64,000 bases of DNA. Source: a virus. Lineage: Duplodnaviria; Heunggongvirae; Uroviricota; Caudoviricetes. Where the stretch lies: IMG/VR virus record IMGVR_UViG_3300028898_000252, positions 29,946 to 93,945 of that record. One strand, 5' to 3'. Position numbers and translations under genes: made by a program. Of the stretch, positions 37,039 through 47,314 are shown piece by piece; the first letter of the stretch is position 1; each line of letters begins with the position of its first letter. Under the pieces are notes generated by a model, which worked only from the letters and a program-made list of their open reading frames with translations, was not told the DNA's origin and did not search any database.

Positions 37039-37509
37039 ATGACAAACCTAAATGTAGTAGTAAGAAAACGTGGTAGACCACCTGGAAGTAAAAACAAGAA
37101 AACCGCGGGCGATGTGAAACCTAGTCCCGCGGTTATTGCCTCGGCGGTCGACTCAGGAATAATTCCAAAAAAGCGAGGGAGACCACCGAAGAATCCCCAA
37201 GCAGCCGCGGCACCAAAACCAGAATTTATCCCACAAGAGATTCCAGTTTTAGAATCTAAATTGGTTTCGATTATAAATAAACCAAAAGAAGAGACCAAGG
37301 TTCAAGAACCGAAAAGTTATAAACAGTTTGAAGTTGGAGATAGAGTTAAAAAAATAACAACAGGAGATGTTGGATATGTTAAAGTACACAAGCCAGGTAC
37401 CAGGTATGTTTACGTTAATTGGGGTGGGGATTATATGGATTTTGTTGCGGCTGACTTACTAGAACTAGTAAACATACCAGCTTCAAAAAGGCAAAAAAAG
37501 AATGAGTGA
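37039..37509 (+). CDS. AT-hook DNA-binding protein
   Basis: Two AT-hooks, KRGRPPGSKNKK and KRGRPPKNPQ, then a C-terminal SH3/KOW-like segment. Confidence 0.65.
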   Translation: MTNLNVVVRKRGRPPGSKNKKTAGDVKPSPAVIASAVDSGIIPKKRGRPPKNPQAAAAPKPEFIPQEIPVLESKLVSIINKPKEETKVQEPKSYKQFEVGDRVKKITTGDVGYVKVHKPGTRYVYVNWGGDYMDFVAADLLELVNIPASKRQKKNE

Positions 37510-37515
37510 TTGTGA

Positions 37516-37953
37516 ATGGAAACTTTAAAACTAAAACTTAACGAATATATTCCTGACAACTTTACAGGAATTGTTGAAGCTGAAAATGGAGCCATAGTAT
37601 GGCTTAAAAATGGAAAAAAACATCGAGAAAACGGGCCAGCAGCTGAGTGGGCAAATGGAAACAAATATTGGTATATTGAAGGAAAACGCCACAGAATAGA
37701 TGGTCCAGCAGTTGAACATCCAGATGGATATAAAGAATGGTGACTCGACGGAATTCGCTATACAAACAATAACTTTTCCACCGAAGGAAAGATTTTTTTA
37801 GGAACTGAGATCGGGAAATATGGACTTGAATGGTTAAAGTTCATGACAGAAAATAAAATCGAAGAATTTCCTATTATTCCAGGTCGGGAATTAAAAATAG
37901 TTCATTCTTTTACGGTTGAAGAATATAAAACGTTTATAGAAAGCAACAAATGA
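37516..37953 (+). pseudogene. MORN-like paralog interrupted by in-frame TGA at a conserved Trp (37741-37743)
   Basis: ...GYKEW-TGA-LDGIRY... Intact paralogs read KEWW at this position, so a TGG to TGA change is likely. The frame continues to the C-terminal module and a TGA at 37951-37953 that overlaps the next start. Confidence 0.6.
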
Positions 37954-38294
37954 AAACTTTAAAACTAAACTTTGGAGATGTATTTCCCGACAATTATACG
38001 GGAATTGTTGAAGTTTTTAGCGGAACAAAAGAATGGTGGGTTGAAGGTAAACTTCATAGAACGGACGGACCAGCAATTGAATGGGGCGAAAACATAACAT
38101 CTTGTTATATAGATGAATTTGTGTACACAGAGGAAATCTTAGATTCTTTAATTAAAGAATCGATATTTCTTGGAATTGAAAAAGGCAAGCACGGTCTTGA
38201 GTGGATTAAGCTTTTAACAGAAAATGGAGGAATTTGTGAAATCCCTAATTTTAAAAAACTGAAAGAATCTGATATAAAGAAAGGTATAATATAA
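37950..38294 (+). CDS. MORN-like repeat paralog family protein (single repeat)
   Basis: WWVEGKLHRTDGPAIEW plus the LEWIKLLTENGGICEIP module. Confidence 0.6.
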   Translation: MKTLKLNFGDVFPDNYTGIVEVFSGTKEWWVEGKLHRTDGPAIEWGENITSCYIDEFVYTEEILDSLIKESIFLGIEKGKHGLEWIKLLTENGGICEIPNFKKLKESDIKKGII

Positions 38295-38295
38295 A

Positions 38296-38877
38296 ATGAT
38301 AAAAAAAACAATGTCTTTGTTTCTTATTGCCGCGATTGGATGCTCCTCTATTCAGCGGCCTCAAACAAGCTCTCTTGAATATCCAGTGGCTACGATTCCA
38401 GCAACACATGAATCAGAATTTAATTCTGTTTTGGATGCCTCGGTTGTTCCGATATCCGATGCCTCAACTTTGTTCTCTTTACCAGAAGGAAGCAGAATTA
38501 TTGCGGTGAGAGAAGGTGGCACCGCGCCGTATAGCGGCGTTCTGTTTAATAACGTTGCCGCCGCGGGTCTTGAAGTTGAAATAAGAGCTCAGCAAAGAAC
38601 ATGTCAAGTTAATTCTCTTTATGAAAGACAACAACTTGCAGCGACTGCAATAAGAGATATTGAATCCTTAAGAAACACAATTTCGACACAGCAGCGTACA
38701 TATTCACTTTTAATTGAAAACAGAAACAGAACTATCTTTCAATATGAAACTTATTCGAATTCTCTTAGAAGACAAACAGAGGGAGAAGTTGGAAGAATTG
38801 TTGGGTTTACTATTGGTGGGATAGTTTTGGGGGCAATCGTGACAGGTTTAATTGTTGGTTTCTTTCCAAGGAACTAA
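38296..38877 (+). CDS. lipoprotein with a C-terminal TM anchor
   Basis: Signal and lipobox LIAAIGCSS. C-terminal IVGFTIGGIVLGAIVTGLIVGFF. Confidence 0.55.
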   Translation: MIKKTMSLFLIAAIGCSSIQRPQTSSLEYPVATIPATHESEFNSVLDASVVPISDASTLFSLPEGSRIIAVREGGTAPYSGVLFNNVAAAGLEVEIRAQQRTCQVNSLYERQQLAATAIRDIESLRNTISTQQRTYSLLIENRNRTIFQYETYSNSLRRQTEGEVGRIVGFTIGGIVLGAIVTGLIVGFFPRN

Positions 38878-38919
38878 AATTTGCAATCTAATTATTTTTG
38901 AATTTAAAAGAGGTATTAT

Positions 38920-39201
38920 ATGGATATTAAAGTTCCTTTATTAAAACAAAGTGATGGAAGACCATCTGCCAGTTTTACAATGGTTTTTTTGGCGTTTAAT
39001 GTTTGTCTATTATGGTTGTTTCTTTCTATAATAGAAGGACTTGGACCAATAAAAGTCAGAGCTTTCGATTCAGGTCAAGCAATGGCGTTTTTAGCACCTT
39101 TGCTTGGATTATATTTTGGAAGGCGCTATACCGATCCAAAAACAGCTTTATCAAATGAAGTTGCGGATCAAAAAGATCCTGAACCAGCGAAGTCTGAATG
39201 A
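38920..39201 (+). CDS. small membrane protein
   Basis: 93 aa with a TM segment FTMVFLAFNVCLLWLFLSII. Confidence 0.45.
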   Translation: MDIKVPLLKQSDGRPSASFTMVFLAFNVCLLWLFLSIIEGLGPIKVRAFDSGQAMAFLAPLLGLYFGRRYTDPKTALSNEVADQKDPEPAKSE

Positions 39202-39250
39202 TAAGTTACTACATATTAAGAGAGAGATAGATTTATAACGGAAATAAAAA

Positions 39251-40927
39251 ATGGCTAAAATAAAATTAAACACAAAAGAAGAATTCTTTGCTTATGCCAA
39301 AAAAGTTCTCAAAGAAGAAATTCTTCGATTACAAGAAGCAAAAGCAGAAGAAAAAATAAAAGCAAAACAACTTCCTGTGGATGATACAACTCCAGAGCAA
39401 GAAATGAAACGCCTCGATAAAAAACAAAAACAAGCTGACGTTCGTAACGAACTTGAATCTTCTGATGCGGTTTGGACAAATGCTGGATTCGAAAAAAGAC
39501 AACCAACTCCTCCAACCTCAAAACTAAAAGATCCAAAAACTCCTGAGTTCGCCGATGTTTATCCAAAAGGTGGAAAAGCAAGAGATCTTTCTGTTCATAT
39601 GAAAGATCTTCCTGTTAAAGATGATGAAGAGGATCCAAAACTCGGAGTTGAAAAGCGCGGTAAAGGCATCGAAGGATTCGACCGAACAGCGGCTCAACGT
39701 AAAGCCGAACCTTTAAGAGTTGATGTTGCTGATGCCCCTGAATACACCGAAGAGCGCGGCTATAGAAACCTAAGAGACTATAAAAATTATCTCGGCAGAA
39801 TGCTCTTAACTCCATCTGTTGGATTTGATAAGAAAAACCACAGAATGCTTGTTTCTGCAACAAATACAGAAACGGGTGAAGTAGAAGATTCAATGCTCGA
39901 AGACTTAAGTGCAGAGGCACTTATAAATTTAGCAATGCAAAACCCATCTCTTCTTAATCCAAAGACAGGATCTTTTGAAGCGTTCTTAAAAGATGTTCGC
40001 GGAGATACCCCAGTTGCAGATATGTACGATCCAGAAATGGACCGAGACAAATTTACATTTGAACTTGGAGATATTGTTCCAGGAGCTTCAACCAAAAAAG
40101 AAAAAGATGGTTACTACGGAAAAGAAAAAGATCGTCTTGATCTAACACAAGAAGAAACTGCCGATGCTCTCGGTATATCGCAAGCCGAAGTTTCAAACGC
40201 AGAAATTAGTGCGCTTAGAAAACAAGCAAATATGTACAACAACTCTTATATGAGAGCTGCCGAACTTCAATCAGCAAAACTAGCTGATATAGTAGCCGAT
40301 TTTATGCTTGAATATAGAGATCAGTTAACTATTGACAATGTTGAACAATTCAAGTTTGCTTTTGGAGAATTTTTAAGACTTTTAATTACCAAAGGTATGG
40401 TTGGTCAATATATTAAATCTCAAGTTTCTAGTGGAAAAATTGGCGGAATTAAATTTGATGCAGATTTACTCACCAATCTCTACGCGAATATTGAAGAATT
40501 CGATGCAAGAATAAAAGAAATTCAAGGAAATCCAAAACTTGTAAATCCTAAATCTAAATTCGATAAGACTCTTCTTCTGTTTGCAAAGCAACCAGCTGTT
40601 GTAGAACTTATGATTGAAGAATATAATGGTTTAGTTGATTTATTTGAACACGCTGCTGAGTTGTTTTTAACTTACGGTTTAGATGAAGATGGTAACTTTG
40701 ACTATGCTGGGTTTGATGACGAAATTTTCCGCGAACGCCTCACAAACTATATTGCGGCGGATGCAGAAGGTTTATATGGTCATAAAGAAAAAGTTGCGAG
40801 TAAAGCCGAACCAAAAATACACACAACGCCAGAACTTGAACGCGATATTCGCAGTAGGTTAAGAGCCAGAAATAGAGAACAAGATGCTCTCAGGGCTCAA
40901 AGAGAAAAAGCAAAAAAAAATAAGTAA
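39251..40927 (+). CDS. hypothetical protein with a charged coiled N-terminus
   Basis: 558 aa, no recognisable motif. Possibly structural or scaffold. Confidence 0.6.
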   Translation: MAKIKLNTKEEFFAYAKKVLKEEILRLQEAKAEEKIKAKQLPVDDTTPEQEMKRLDKKQKQADVRNELESSDAVWTNAGFEKRQPTPPTSKLKDPKTPEFADVYPKGGKARDLSVHMKDLPVKDDEEDPKLGVEKRGKGIEGFDRTAAQRKAEPLRVDVADAPEYTEERGYRNLRDYKNYLGRMLLTPSVGFDKKNHRMLVSATNTETGEVEDSMLEDLSAEALINLAMQNPSLLNPKTGSFEAFLKDVRGDTPVADMYDPEMDRDKFTFELGDIVPGASTKKEKDGYYGKEKDRLDLTQEETADALGISQAEVSNAEISALRKQANMYNNSYMRAAELQSAKLADIVADFMLEYRDQLTIDNVEQFKFAFGEFLRLLITKGMVGQYIKSQVSSGKIGGIKFDADLLTNLYANIEEFDARIKEIQGNPKLVNPKSKFDKTLLLFAKQPAVVELMIEEYNGLVDLFEHAAELFLTYGLDEDGNFDYAGFDDEIFRERLTNYIAADAEGLYGHKEKVASKAEPKIHTTPELERDIRSRLRARNREQDALRAQREKAKKNK

Positions 40928-41171
40928 AAAAATACTTGAAATTGTAAAATGTATACAAGATCCAACACGGAACTAAAATTTAACTCTAAAGCAGATAAAG
41001 AAAGTTTCGTTGTTGGATTTTTGTCATTGTATCACGACAAATCTTGTTGTCTTGAACTTGTCAATAAATCCAACACGACTTTAGAAATTTGTTTTTTTGG
41101 TTCCTTAGATAAAAATTTATTACAAGAGATAGAAGAATTATATGGCAGTGTACTAGTATTTAATACAGACA

Positions 41172-41987
41172 ATGCCAATAAACATCTCTAATCTTCAGAA
41201 ACTATTTGAACTTGCTGCGGAAGAGGCTGCTCAACAACAACCTCCTGCAAATAGTTCTCCTGCGCCTGTTGCCGCGACTGAAGCTACGCCACAGGCAACT
41301 CAACCAGCACAAGTTAATCCACAAAGTCAAACAGGTGGACAAGCTATTTCAGTTGAAAAAATTATTGATCATCTTAATGGAATCAGAAGCGGCAAAAGCT
41401 TTAATGATCCATTAATTTTTACAGCAATAACAAATATATTTAATGGACTTTCTTCTTCCGAGAAAGCTGTTCTGGATAAAGCTTTGTCTCAACTCGATAA
41501 ATCAATTGAACAAATTACAAAACAACAATCCCCACCAAATCCAAACAACCAAGAAATAAAAACTCCAGCAGTTCAACCACAGTTTGGAAATCAAACAATG
41601 TCTTCCGCGGCAACTCCATTACAAGGTCCTCAACAAGCACAGCAAATGGCTTCAAATTCTCCAGTTGTTGGAATGATGGGTGGATTACTTGCAGAAGAAT
41701 CTATATCTCTCAAAAACCTTCATGAATCGGTTAATCGACCAAATAAAACAACAGTTGTTATAAATGGAGAAGAAGTACCTTTCGGATCAGAAACTCATAA
41801 AGGACAACTTGTTATTGTTCTTCAAGGATTGGAAGATCTTAAAAACTGCTATCGAAAAGGTTCAAGTACCCGCTACACACTCGCTGGGGCCTGTCAGAAA
41901 GTCAGAAAAATTCTGAAAGACACTTCCGTTCGTGGTGCCGTCGATGGTGCCGAGCACAGCGATCCCAATTCAGAAATTGTTTCTTGA
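41172..41987 (+). CDS. hypothetical Q/P-rich protein
   Basis: 271 aa. Low-complexity N-terminal half. GC-rich 3' end. Confidence 0.5.
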   Translation: MPINISNLQKLFELAAEEAAQQQPPANSSPAPVAATEATPQATQPAQVNPQSQTGGQAISVEKIIDHLNGIRSGKSFNDPLIFTAITNIFNGLSSSEKAVLDKALSQLDKSIEQITKQQSPPNPNNQEIKTPAVQPQFGNQTMSSAATPLQGPQQAQQMASNSPVVGMMGGLLAEESISLKNLHESVNRPNKTTVVINGEEVPFGSETHKGQLVIVLQGLEDLKNCYRKGSSTRYTLAGACQKVRKILKDTSVRGAVDGAEHSDPNSEIVS

Positions 41988-42024
41988 GCCATACAGAGCT
42001 GTTTAGGTGCTCTGTCAACACCCC

Positions 42025-42053
42025 TTGACTAAGGTTCGTTGTGGCGATATACT
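42025..42053 (+). promoter_or_regulatory. sigma70-type promoter upstream of the gene at 42094
   Basis: -35 TTGACT (42025-42030), 17-nt spacer, -10 TATACT (42048-42053). A GTCAAcaccccTTGAC inverted repeat overlaps the -35. Confidence 0.55.
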
Positions 42054-42093
42054 AACCCCGTTCACGAAAGTTAATCAGGTAGTATAAAACAAA

Positions 42094-42711
42094 ATGGATA
42101 AATCGCAAATGAGAGAGGCTTTAAAAGCCGCAAAAGATTCTTTACCTAAAAACATTACAGTCATAATCAAAAACGAAAAAGATTCTTCCCCTAGAACGGT
42201 TGTTTCTATAATAAAAGAAATTACTGTAGGAAAAGGATATAAAGGATCTTACACAGCTAAGTTAGAATCTGGAGACATTATCAGTTCAATGGCCAGTGAT
42301 AGTGTCATTTCAATGACAATTGATGGAAATGTCTTCGACAAGGAACAAGAAAAGAAAGTCTATAACCAAAAACCTCTTATTGATGAGACCGTTGCCAAAA
42401 ATTTACTGACTGTTTTTTCGAGCCTTAAAAAAGATGATATCATAAAAATAACATCAACAGAAAATAGATTTAATCAAGAATTTAAAGTTCTTAATACTGA
42501 ACTTGTTCACGCTCCATTTAAACAGTGCAAAATTTCAGTTCAGAAACCAGACGGTAACGGACCAATAGCAACATTCCTATCTAGAAGAGATTCGGGAATA
42601 ATTCAAAATTGTGTTGTTGTGCCGCCAGTGATACAAATCACAGAAGAAATAAATGAACAAGAATCGGACGAAGAAGACGAAGAATTTGATGCAAGTCTTA
42701 TTGCCGATTAA
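42094..42711 (+). CDS. hypothetical protein with an acidic C-terminus
   Basis: 205 aa. Ends EQESDEEDEEFDASLIAD. Confidence 0.55.
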   Translation: MDKSQMREALKAAKDSLPKNITVIIKNEKDSSPRTVVSIIKEITVGKGYKGSYTAKLESGDIISSMASDSVISMTIDGNVFDKEQEKKVYNQKPLIDETVAKNLLTVFSSLKKDDIIKITSTENRFNQEFKVLNTELVHAPFKQCKISVQKPDGNGPIATFLSRRDSGIIQNCVVVPPVIQITEEINEQESDEEDEEFDASLIAD

Positions 42712-42720
42712 GAGTGATTT

Positions 42721-43806
42721 TTAACCTTTAAAAATTCTTGATCCAGGAGGAGGAAGATTTGGTCTTCCCGAAGAATGTTGTTGCATTGGTCTAACTTGGT
42801 CATTCATAAAACCACGTTGTTGAACTTGATTCATTTGTTGTTTTTCGACAACGAATGTTTGACCTCTTGAATCGGCAACTTCAAATACCTCTTTTATAAA
42901 TTGAGGATTGTTGTTTATTACTCCAATGTCTATTCTTGCTTGTTCATTTTGAATAATAAAGGTCTTAAATGACCGTCCAGTAGGAGTTAGCATTCCGTGG
43001 CTAACAGCGTTGTATTGGATTATAGGGCGTGCCAAATGACACGGTAGTGGCATTCCAGCTGTATCCAATATCTTATAAACAAAAGCACCTTCTCTAACAG
43101 CGGTTGTTTGTGGTTGTGGGTTGTTAAATTGTTGAAGTGGTGTAGCTTCTGTTAAAAGTTGCCTTTTTTGTTCTACATTTTCTCCATGAAGAAATTTAGT
43201 TTTTCCAGAGGCTAGTCCGTTAACGATTGTTGAAGCAACTTGTTGTTGTTGATGATTTAAATTTCTCATAAGGGCATCGGCAGAGTCGGGTTGTCCCCAT
43301 TTTCTTGTTATGTGTTCGCCAATCTGTCTGGTCTGTTCTTTAAATGAATTTCCAGCATCGTCTCCAAGATCAACCATTGAAGCATACTTTTTAACTTCTC
43401 TTGATGGTGCCCATTCGTTTATTCCATACATTTGCAAGTGAGCAGGAACTCCTTGTTTATAGTGTTGTAAAACAGCTTTATGATAATTCCTCGCAGCAGA
43501 AATTGCTTCAGGTGTGTTTTCCATTCCAAGTTTTGCTGCAAGTTGAGCATTTTTAAAACTCTCCATCTCTTCAACAGATTTTCCATTTATTGTTAATGGA
43601 TTACCGTGATGATCGAAAGTCATTTTGGTGTCGAGTTCTGGATTGAATCTTTTCCCATTATTGTTTTGTTGGGGCGGTGCATTATAGTATTGAGGTTGAG
43701 GTCTCGATTGCTCATAAAGCATTTCTCGTTTCCTTTTTTCAATTAACTGTCTATATGCTAAGTCAGCATTAAACTGCATCTGTTGTTCATCATTATTATT
43801 TGACAT
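42721..43806 (-). CDS. hypothetical Q/N-rich protein
   Basis: 361-aa ORF. Confidence 0.55.
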   Translation of the reverse strand: MSNNNDEQQMQFNADLAYRQLIEKRKREMLYEQSRPQPQYYNAPPQQNNNGKRFNPELDTKMTFDHHGNPLTINGKSVEEMESFKNAQLAAKLGMENTPEAISAARNYHKAVLQHYKQGVPAHLQMYGINEWAPSREVKKYASMVDLGDDAGNSFKEQTRQIGEHITRKWGQPDSADALMRNLNHQQQQVASTIVNGLASGKTKFLHGENVEQKRQLLTEATPLQQFNNPQPQTTAVREGAFVYKILDTAGMPLPCHLARPIIQYNAVSHGMLTPTGRSFKTFIIQNEQARIDIGVINNNPQFIKEVFEVADSRGQTFVVEKQQMNQVQQRGFMNDQVRPMQQHSSGRPNLPPPGSRIFKG

Positions 43807-43858
43807 ATTATTTATACGTTTAATAATAACTATAGTTTTAATTTAATAAAATGTTAGG

Positions 43859-44791
43859 TTATGAATTCGCAAGCAAGTGTTTTACTCTTGTAAGTTCGGT
43901 TGCAGCACGTTCTTTTGCGTGTCTCCATACACCTTTCTTATAAGTTGTTCCAACCTTAACAGGAAATACTTTTTCCAGGTCTTCATCCGACAAAGAAGAT
44001 AATTCATTTTCGATTTTTTTAAGTTCGTTTATTAGCTCTTCAATAGTTTGAAGTCTTCGTTTTTGAACTGAAATTTTTCTTTCTTCAATTTCTTTAAGAG
44101 AAGATTCTAATCCATCGGCAATATCTTGAATTGTTCTTAAGAAGGATGCCCGTTTTTTTTGTATCGACCCTCGGTATTCCTCGACCTCGCCTGTTTCTGG
44201 GTTTATTCTCGCTTTGCCGCCGTCGGAGGCAACCACCACCCTACCTGGGTAGTGGCGACGTTTGTGCCTATAATCGTCAATTCCTAGGGCTCTCTCGGCA
44301 GCGTCGACACCAGCGTCATACTTCGCTTTGAAGGCAGGCAAAACTTGTTTATAATAATTCAGCTTTTCCTTCGCCCCTGGGAGGATGTGCGGGGCGAGGT
44401 TGTTAATATCGCTGGAGTACAACATGTCAAAAGTCTTCATCTCTCGATATTTCATTACATCGTCTTTTGACATTACCCTATTGTTTACCATCCACTCTTC
44501 TTGAATCGTAAGAGGTTCTTTCATGGCTTTAAGAAACACTTTTGATTTTGGATCAATGTTTGGGTCAACAAAAGATGAAAGGTCTCCATAGGTTTCTCCA
44601 GAAAGACCTTTCCAAAAAGCTCTAAAATAATCTCCAATTCCTTCATCGATAGATTCATCAAAAATCATTGCCGCAAGTTTTGGTGCGTTATCGGTTTTCT
44701 CTCCAGGTTTGTCTAAATAAGTGTTTTTAACACGCTTAGAATTAGAAGGCTTGTGTGGACCTTTTTTTAGATCTTCTTTATCGTTTGACAT
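43859..44791 (-). CDS. hypothetical protein containing an internal GC-rich segment
   Basis: 310 aa. Nucleotides 44150-44410 are conspicuously GC-rich compared with the rest of the gene. Confidence 0.55.
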   Translation of the reverse strand: MSNDKEDLKKGPHKPSNSKRVKNTYLDKPGEKTDNAPKLAAMIFDESIDEGIGDYFRAFWKGLSGETYGDLSSFVDPNIDPKSKVFLKAMKEPLTIQEEWMVNNRVMSKDDVMKYREMKTFDMLYSSDINNLAPHILPGAKEKLNYYKQVLPAFKAKYDAGVDAAERALGIDDYRHKRRHYPGRVVVASDGGKARINPETGEVEEYRGSIQKKRASFLRTIQDIADGLESSLKEIEERKISVQKRRLQTIEELINELKKIENELSSLSDEDLEKVFPVKVGTTYKKGVWRHAKERAATELTRVKHLLANS

Positions 44792-44820
44792 AACTTTCGC
44801 TTATTAACTAGAATTAAAAT

Positions 44821-45210
44821 ATGTCAATTAAAATAAAAAAGAATACAGTTTTAAAACCGAAAAGAAAACCTTACACATTCACCATTGACTGCTTTGAAGC
44901 GATAGAAGAGTTTACGACGCAAGAATATAATAAAGAGGAAGATGCTGACGATGAAAATCCTTTTTATGGATTTTATGCCTCGACTTATTATACGGAAAAC
45001 AAAAAGGAATTACAAAAAATAAAAAAAGAAGGCAAACCTTTTAGTTTGGCCTTCTTTGTTGATGAAGAAGTTGAATTACTATTAATTGAAGAAGATAGAA
45101 AATATGAATCTTGGAGAGTGTTGGTTACAAAAATAAAAAACTCAAAACCTCTTGCGAGTTTTGAGTGTTATATAAAATCACTTGTTTTATCAAACCTATT
45201 CGATGATTAA
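44821..45210 (+). CDS. hypothetical protein
   Basis: 129-aa ORF. Confidence 0.45.
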   Translation: MSIKIKKNTVLKPKRKPYTFTIDCFEAIEEFTTQEYNKEEDADDENPFYGFYASTYYTENKKELQKIKKEGKPFSLAFFVDEEVELLLIEEDRKYESWRVLVTKIKNSKPLASFECYIKSLVLSNLFDD

Positions 45211-46616
45211 CAATCATCATCATCGAGTGTAATGTTTGCGGAGCGCATGATTTTCTTTCTTTGAGATATTGCCCCGAGAACTTTGTCAATATCCTTTTCT
45301 TCGATTAAGTAGAATTCAACCCATTCCTTAATGTAAGCTTGAGTCATTCCTTTGACAGCTTTTACGAGCTTCTCAAGATGTTCTTGATTTGGGTTTGGTT
45401 CTCCAAGTTTTTCGACCAAAAGTCTTTTGATAAAATCAAGACGTTGTACTTCATCAGGTTCTTTGAATTGAATAATCTCGTCAACTCTACCTGGACGAAG
45501 CATTGCTGCATTTAATTTCTTGATATCGTTAACAGTCATCATAACTGTTGTTTTGTGTTCCATTGTTTTTAATGACTCTAAGATATAGAGAAATGTTTGA
45601 TTTTGATCTAAACCTGTAATAAAGTGATCTACGTCATCTAGTACAATTAAGTCTGCCCCAATTTTTAAACAAAACTGCTTCAACATTTTATTTTCATTAA
45701 ACTGCTTAATAAAGCTGCTGTCTATTTTTAACACTCTTCCAGAAGTTCTGTTTGCAAGTGTTAACACAAACAAACTTTTTCCTGTTCCTGGAGGACCCCA
45801 CAACATAATAGTTCTTTGCATGTTTTTGTTCTTAAATCTTTTGATTCTTGATTCAAGATCAGCAATAAAAGGTTCATCAACCAAATAATGTTTTTGGTCA
45901 TGTCCTTGAGAAACTGGGGATATTTGTAGGTTGCCGTTATTATCTGCGAACAAGTGAAGTTTGTTGCTTACCTTGTCAAACAAAACGTTGATAATGCTGA
46001 AGTAGTCGTCGCCTTTTTTGAAGGCGAAAACATCCTCGAACGCGCCTCTCGAAAGAGATGATTTACCACTAGATGATTTTGAGTTCGCGAGCGTTTCTTG
46101 ATTTGAAATCGCAATAATTGGAATTAACTTTCCCTTAACATTAAAAATATATTCAATAACATATTCGTTTTTATTCAAGGTGCCCAAAACTTTAACACTA
46201 TCCGCAAAGTTTGCCACGGTTGGCAAATAAGCAGAAGTGAATTCATCATCAACCAAAACATCGAAATCAGGTTTCTTGTCTTCAATTAAAGACTTAAAGT
46301 CCCAATGTGGATCTTCAATGTCATTATGACGAGAATTCAAAATTTGGTTAAACAACCCGTTTGCTTTTGTCGCAATTTGAATTGGAGTGTCTAGTGCGTT
46401 TGGAGTAAACTCTGAATACTCTTCCACTTTCTCGATGGCTTGTTTAAATTTATATCTCTGCATTCTAAATCTTTTCGGAAGAAACCTTGTGGAAAGAAAA
46501 TACATCCCAGCTATTATTCCAAAGATTGCAAGTTGCGCGAGTATCTTTACCCACACAGTTTTGAAATAAGTGATTATTTCACTCAGAACCCACTTTATTA
46601 GTCGCATAGCGCACAT
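45207..46616 (-). CDS. AAA+ ATPase with an N-terminal TM segment
   Basis: Walker A LWGPPGTGKS. Walker B DLIVLDDVDH. N-terminal helix ILAQLAIFGIIAGMYFL. Confidence 0.75.
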   Translation of the reverse strand: MCAMRLIKWVLSEIITYFKTVWVKILAQLAIFGIIAGMYFLSTRFLPKRFRMQRYKFKQAIEKVEEYSEFTPNALDTPIQIATKANGLFNQILNSRHNDIEDPHWDFKSLIEDKKPDFDVLVDDEFTSAYLPTVANFADSVKVLGTLNKNEYVIEYIFNVKGKLIPIIAISNQETLANSKSSSGKSSLSRGAFEDVFAFKKGDDYFSIINVLFDKVSNKLHLFADNNGNLQISPVSQGHDQKHYLVDEPFIADLESRIKRFKNKNMQRTIMLWGPPGTGKSLFVLTLANRTSGRVLKIDSSFIKQFNENKMLKQFCLKIGADLIVLDDVDHFITGLDQNQTFLYILESLKTMEHKTTVMMTVNDIKKLNAAMLRPGRVDEIIQFKEPDEVQRLDFIKRLLVEKLGEPNPNQEHLEKLVKAVKGMTQAYIKEWVEFYLIEEKDIDKVLGAISQRKKIMRSANITLDDDDC

Positions 46617-46644
46617 TGATAGCCGCGCGAGGGCGCGGTGTCAA
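46616..46644 (-). promoter_or_regulatory. candidate sigma70-type promoter abutting the AAA+ gene start, overlapping a CCGCGCGAGGGCGCGG hairpin
   Basis: Minus strand: -35 TTGACA (46644-46639), 17-nt GC-rich spacer containing the palindrome CCGCGC-GAGG-GCGCGG, -10 TATCAA (46621-46616). The -10 overlaps the first ATG, so translation would be leaderless or start at Met4. Confidence 0.4.
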
Positions 46645-46696
46645 GGCTATGCAAGAATCCAAATAAAAAAGTTATATTAAAAAGAAAAAATATTTT

Positions 46697-46987
46697 ATGA
46701 ATTATATATACAGATTATACATGTTATTTCAGTTATTTGAAAGATCTGCAGAATTTATAGAAAAAAAATTAGAAAAAAACCAACAGTTAGAATTGAAAAA
46801 ATATATTTTGGTTTATTCTGATGATATTAATGAATTTCAATCATCTGTTAAAAGAATAAAAAAAGCAGACCCAGGTTTAAAAGAAATTACAAAAGTAACT
46901 CTGTCCAAACCAAATGTTGTTAGATCTTCCGAGATCGAATTTTTACCTTGCACAGATAAAGACAAAATAAATTTAATGAAATCTTAA
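46697..46987 (+). CDS. hypothetical protein
   Basis: 96-aa ORF. Confidence 0.4.
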   Translation: MNYIYRLYMLFQLFERSAEFIEKKLEKNQQLELKKYILVYSDDINEFQSSVKRIKKADPGLKEITKVTLSKPNVVRSSEIEFLPCTDKDKINLMKS

Positions 46988-47011
46988 ATTCTAGTTGACA
47001 TTTTTAAAACT

Positions 47012-47311
47012 ATGAATAACTTTTCATCAATGGAAAACAAGCAAAACAAAATCGAACCGCCTTCTTTCTTAAAGGCTTCTTCTATCAAAAAAGAAGAAAC
47101 AGTTCTTAAAAAGAAAACCAAACAACCAAAAACAATATTTTTTGAAAAATACGCAGAACTTTTTAATGGGACATTAGTCAAAATAACTCACGAATACGAT
47201 AATGATATGTTTATCGGAGATGTTCTTTCCGAGTACAGCGAAAAGTGTATTGGAACAATGTATTTCCCAAAAAGCTACGTCAAATCTTTTGAAGAAATAA
47301 GTGTAAAATAA
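47012..47311 (+). CDS. hypothetical protein
   Basis: 99-aa ORF. Confidence 0.4.
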   Translation: MNNFSSMENKQNKIEPPSFLKASSIKKEETVLKKKTKQPKTIFFEKYAELFNGTLVKITHEYDNDMFIGDVLSEYSEKCIGTMYFPKSYVKSFEEISVK

Positions 47312-47314
47312 CTC

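Noticed and set aside
37741-37743. Genome-wide TGA=Trp (code 4) recoding suggested by TGA at a conserved Trp in a MORN paralog
   Set aside because: Many well-supported genes in the window terminate with TGA, including ATGA-overlap junctions. The single case is better explained as a TGG to TGA pseudogene or a local readthrough.
33743-37743. Antisense and alternate-frame ORFs inside the MORN genes (for example 33743..33970, 36054..36440, 55271..55675, 57497..57763, 59674..59898)
   Set aside because: The periodic 23-aa repeats keep alternative frames open by chance. The sense frames carry the conserved repeat and the C-terminal module.
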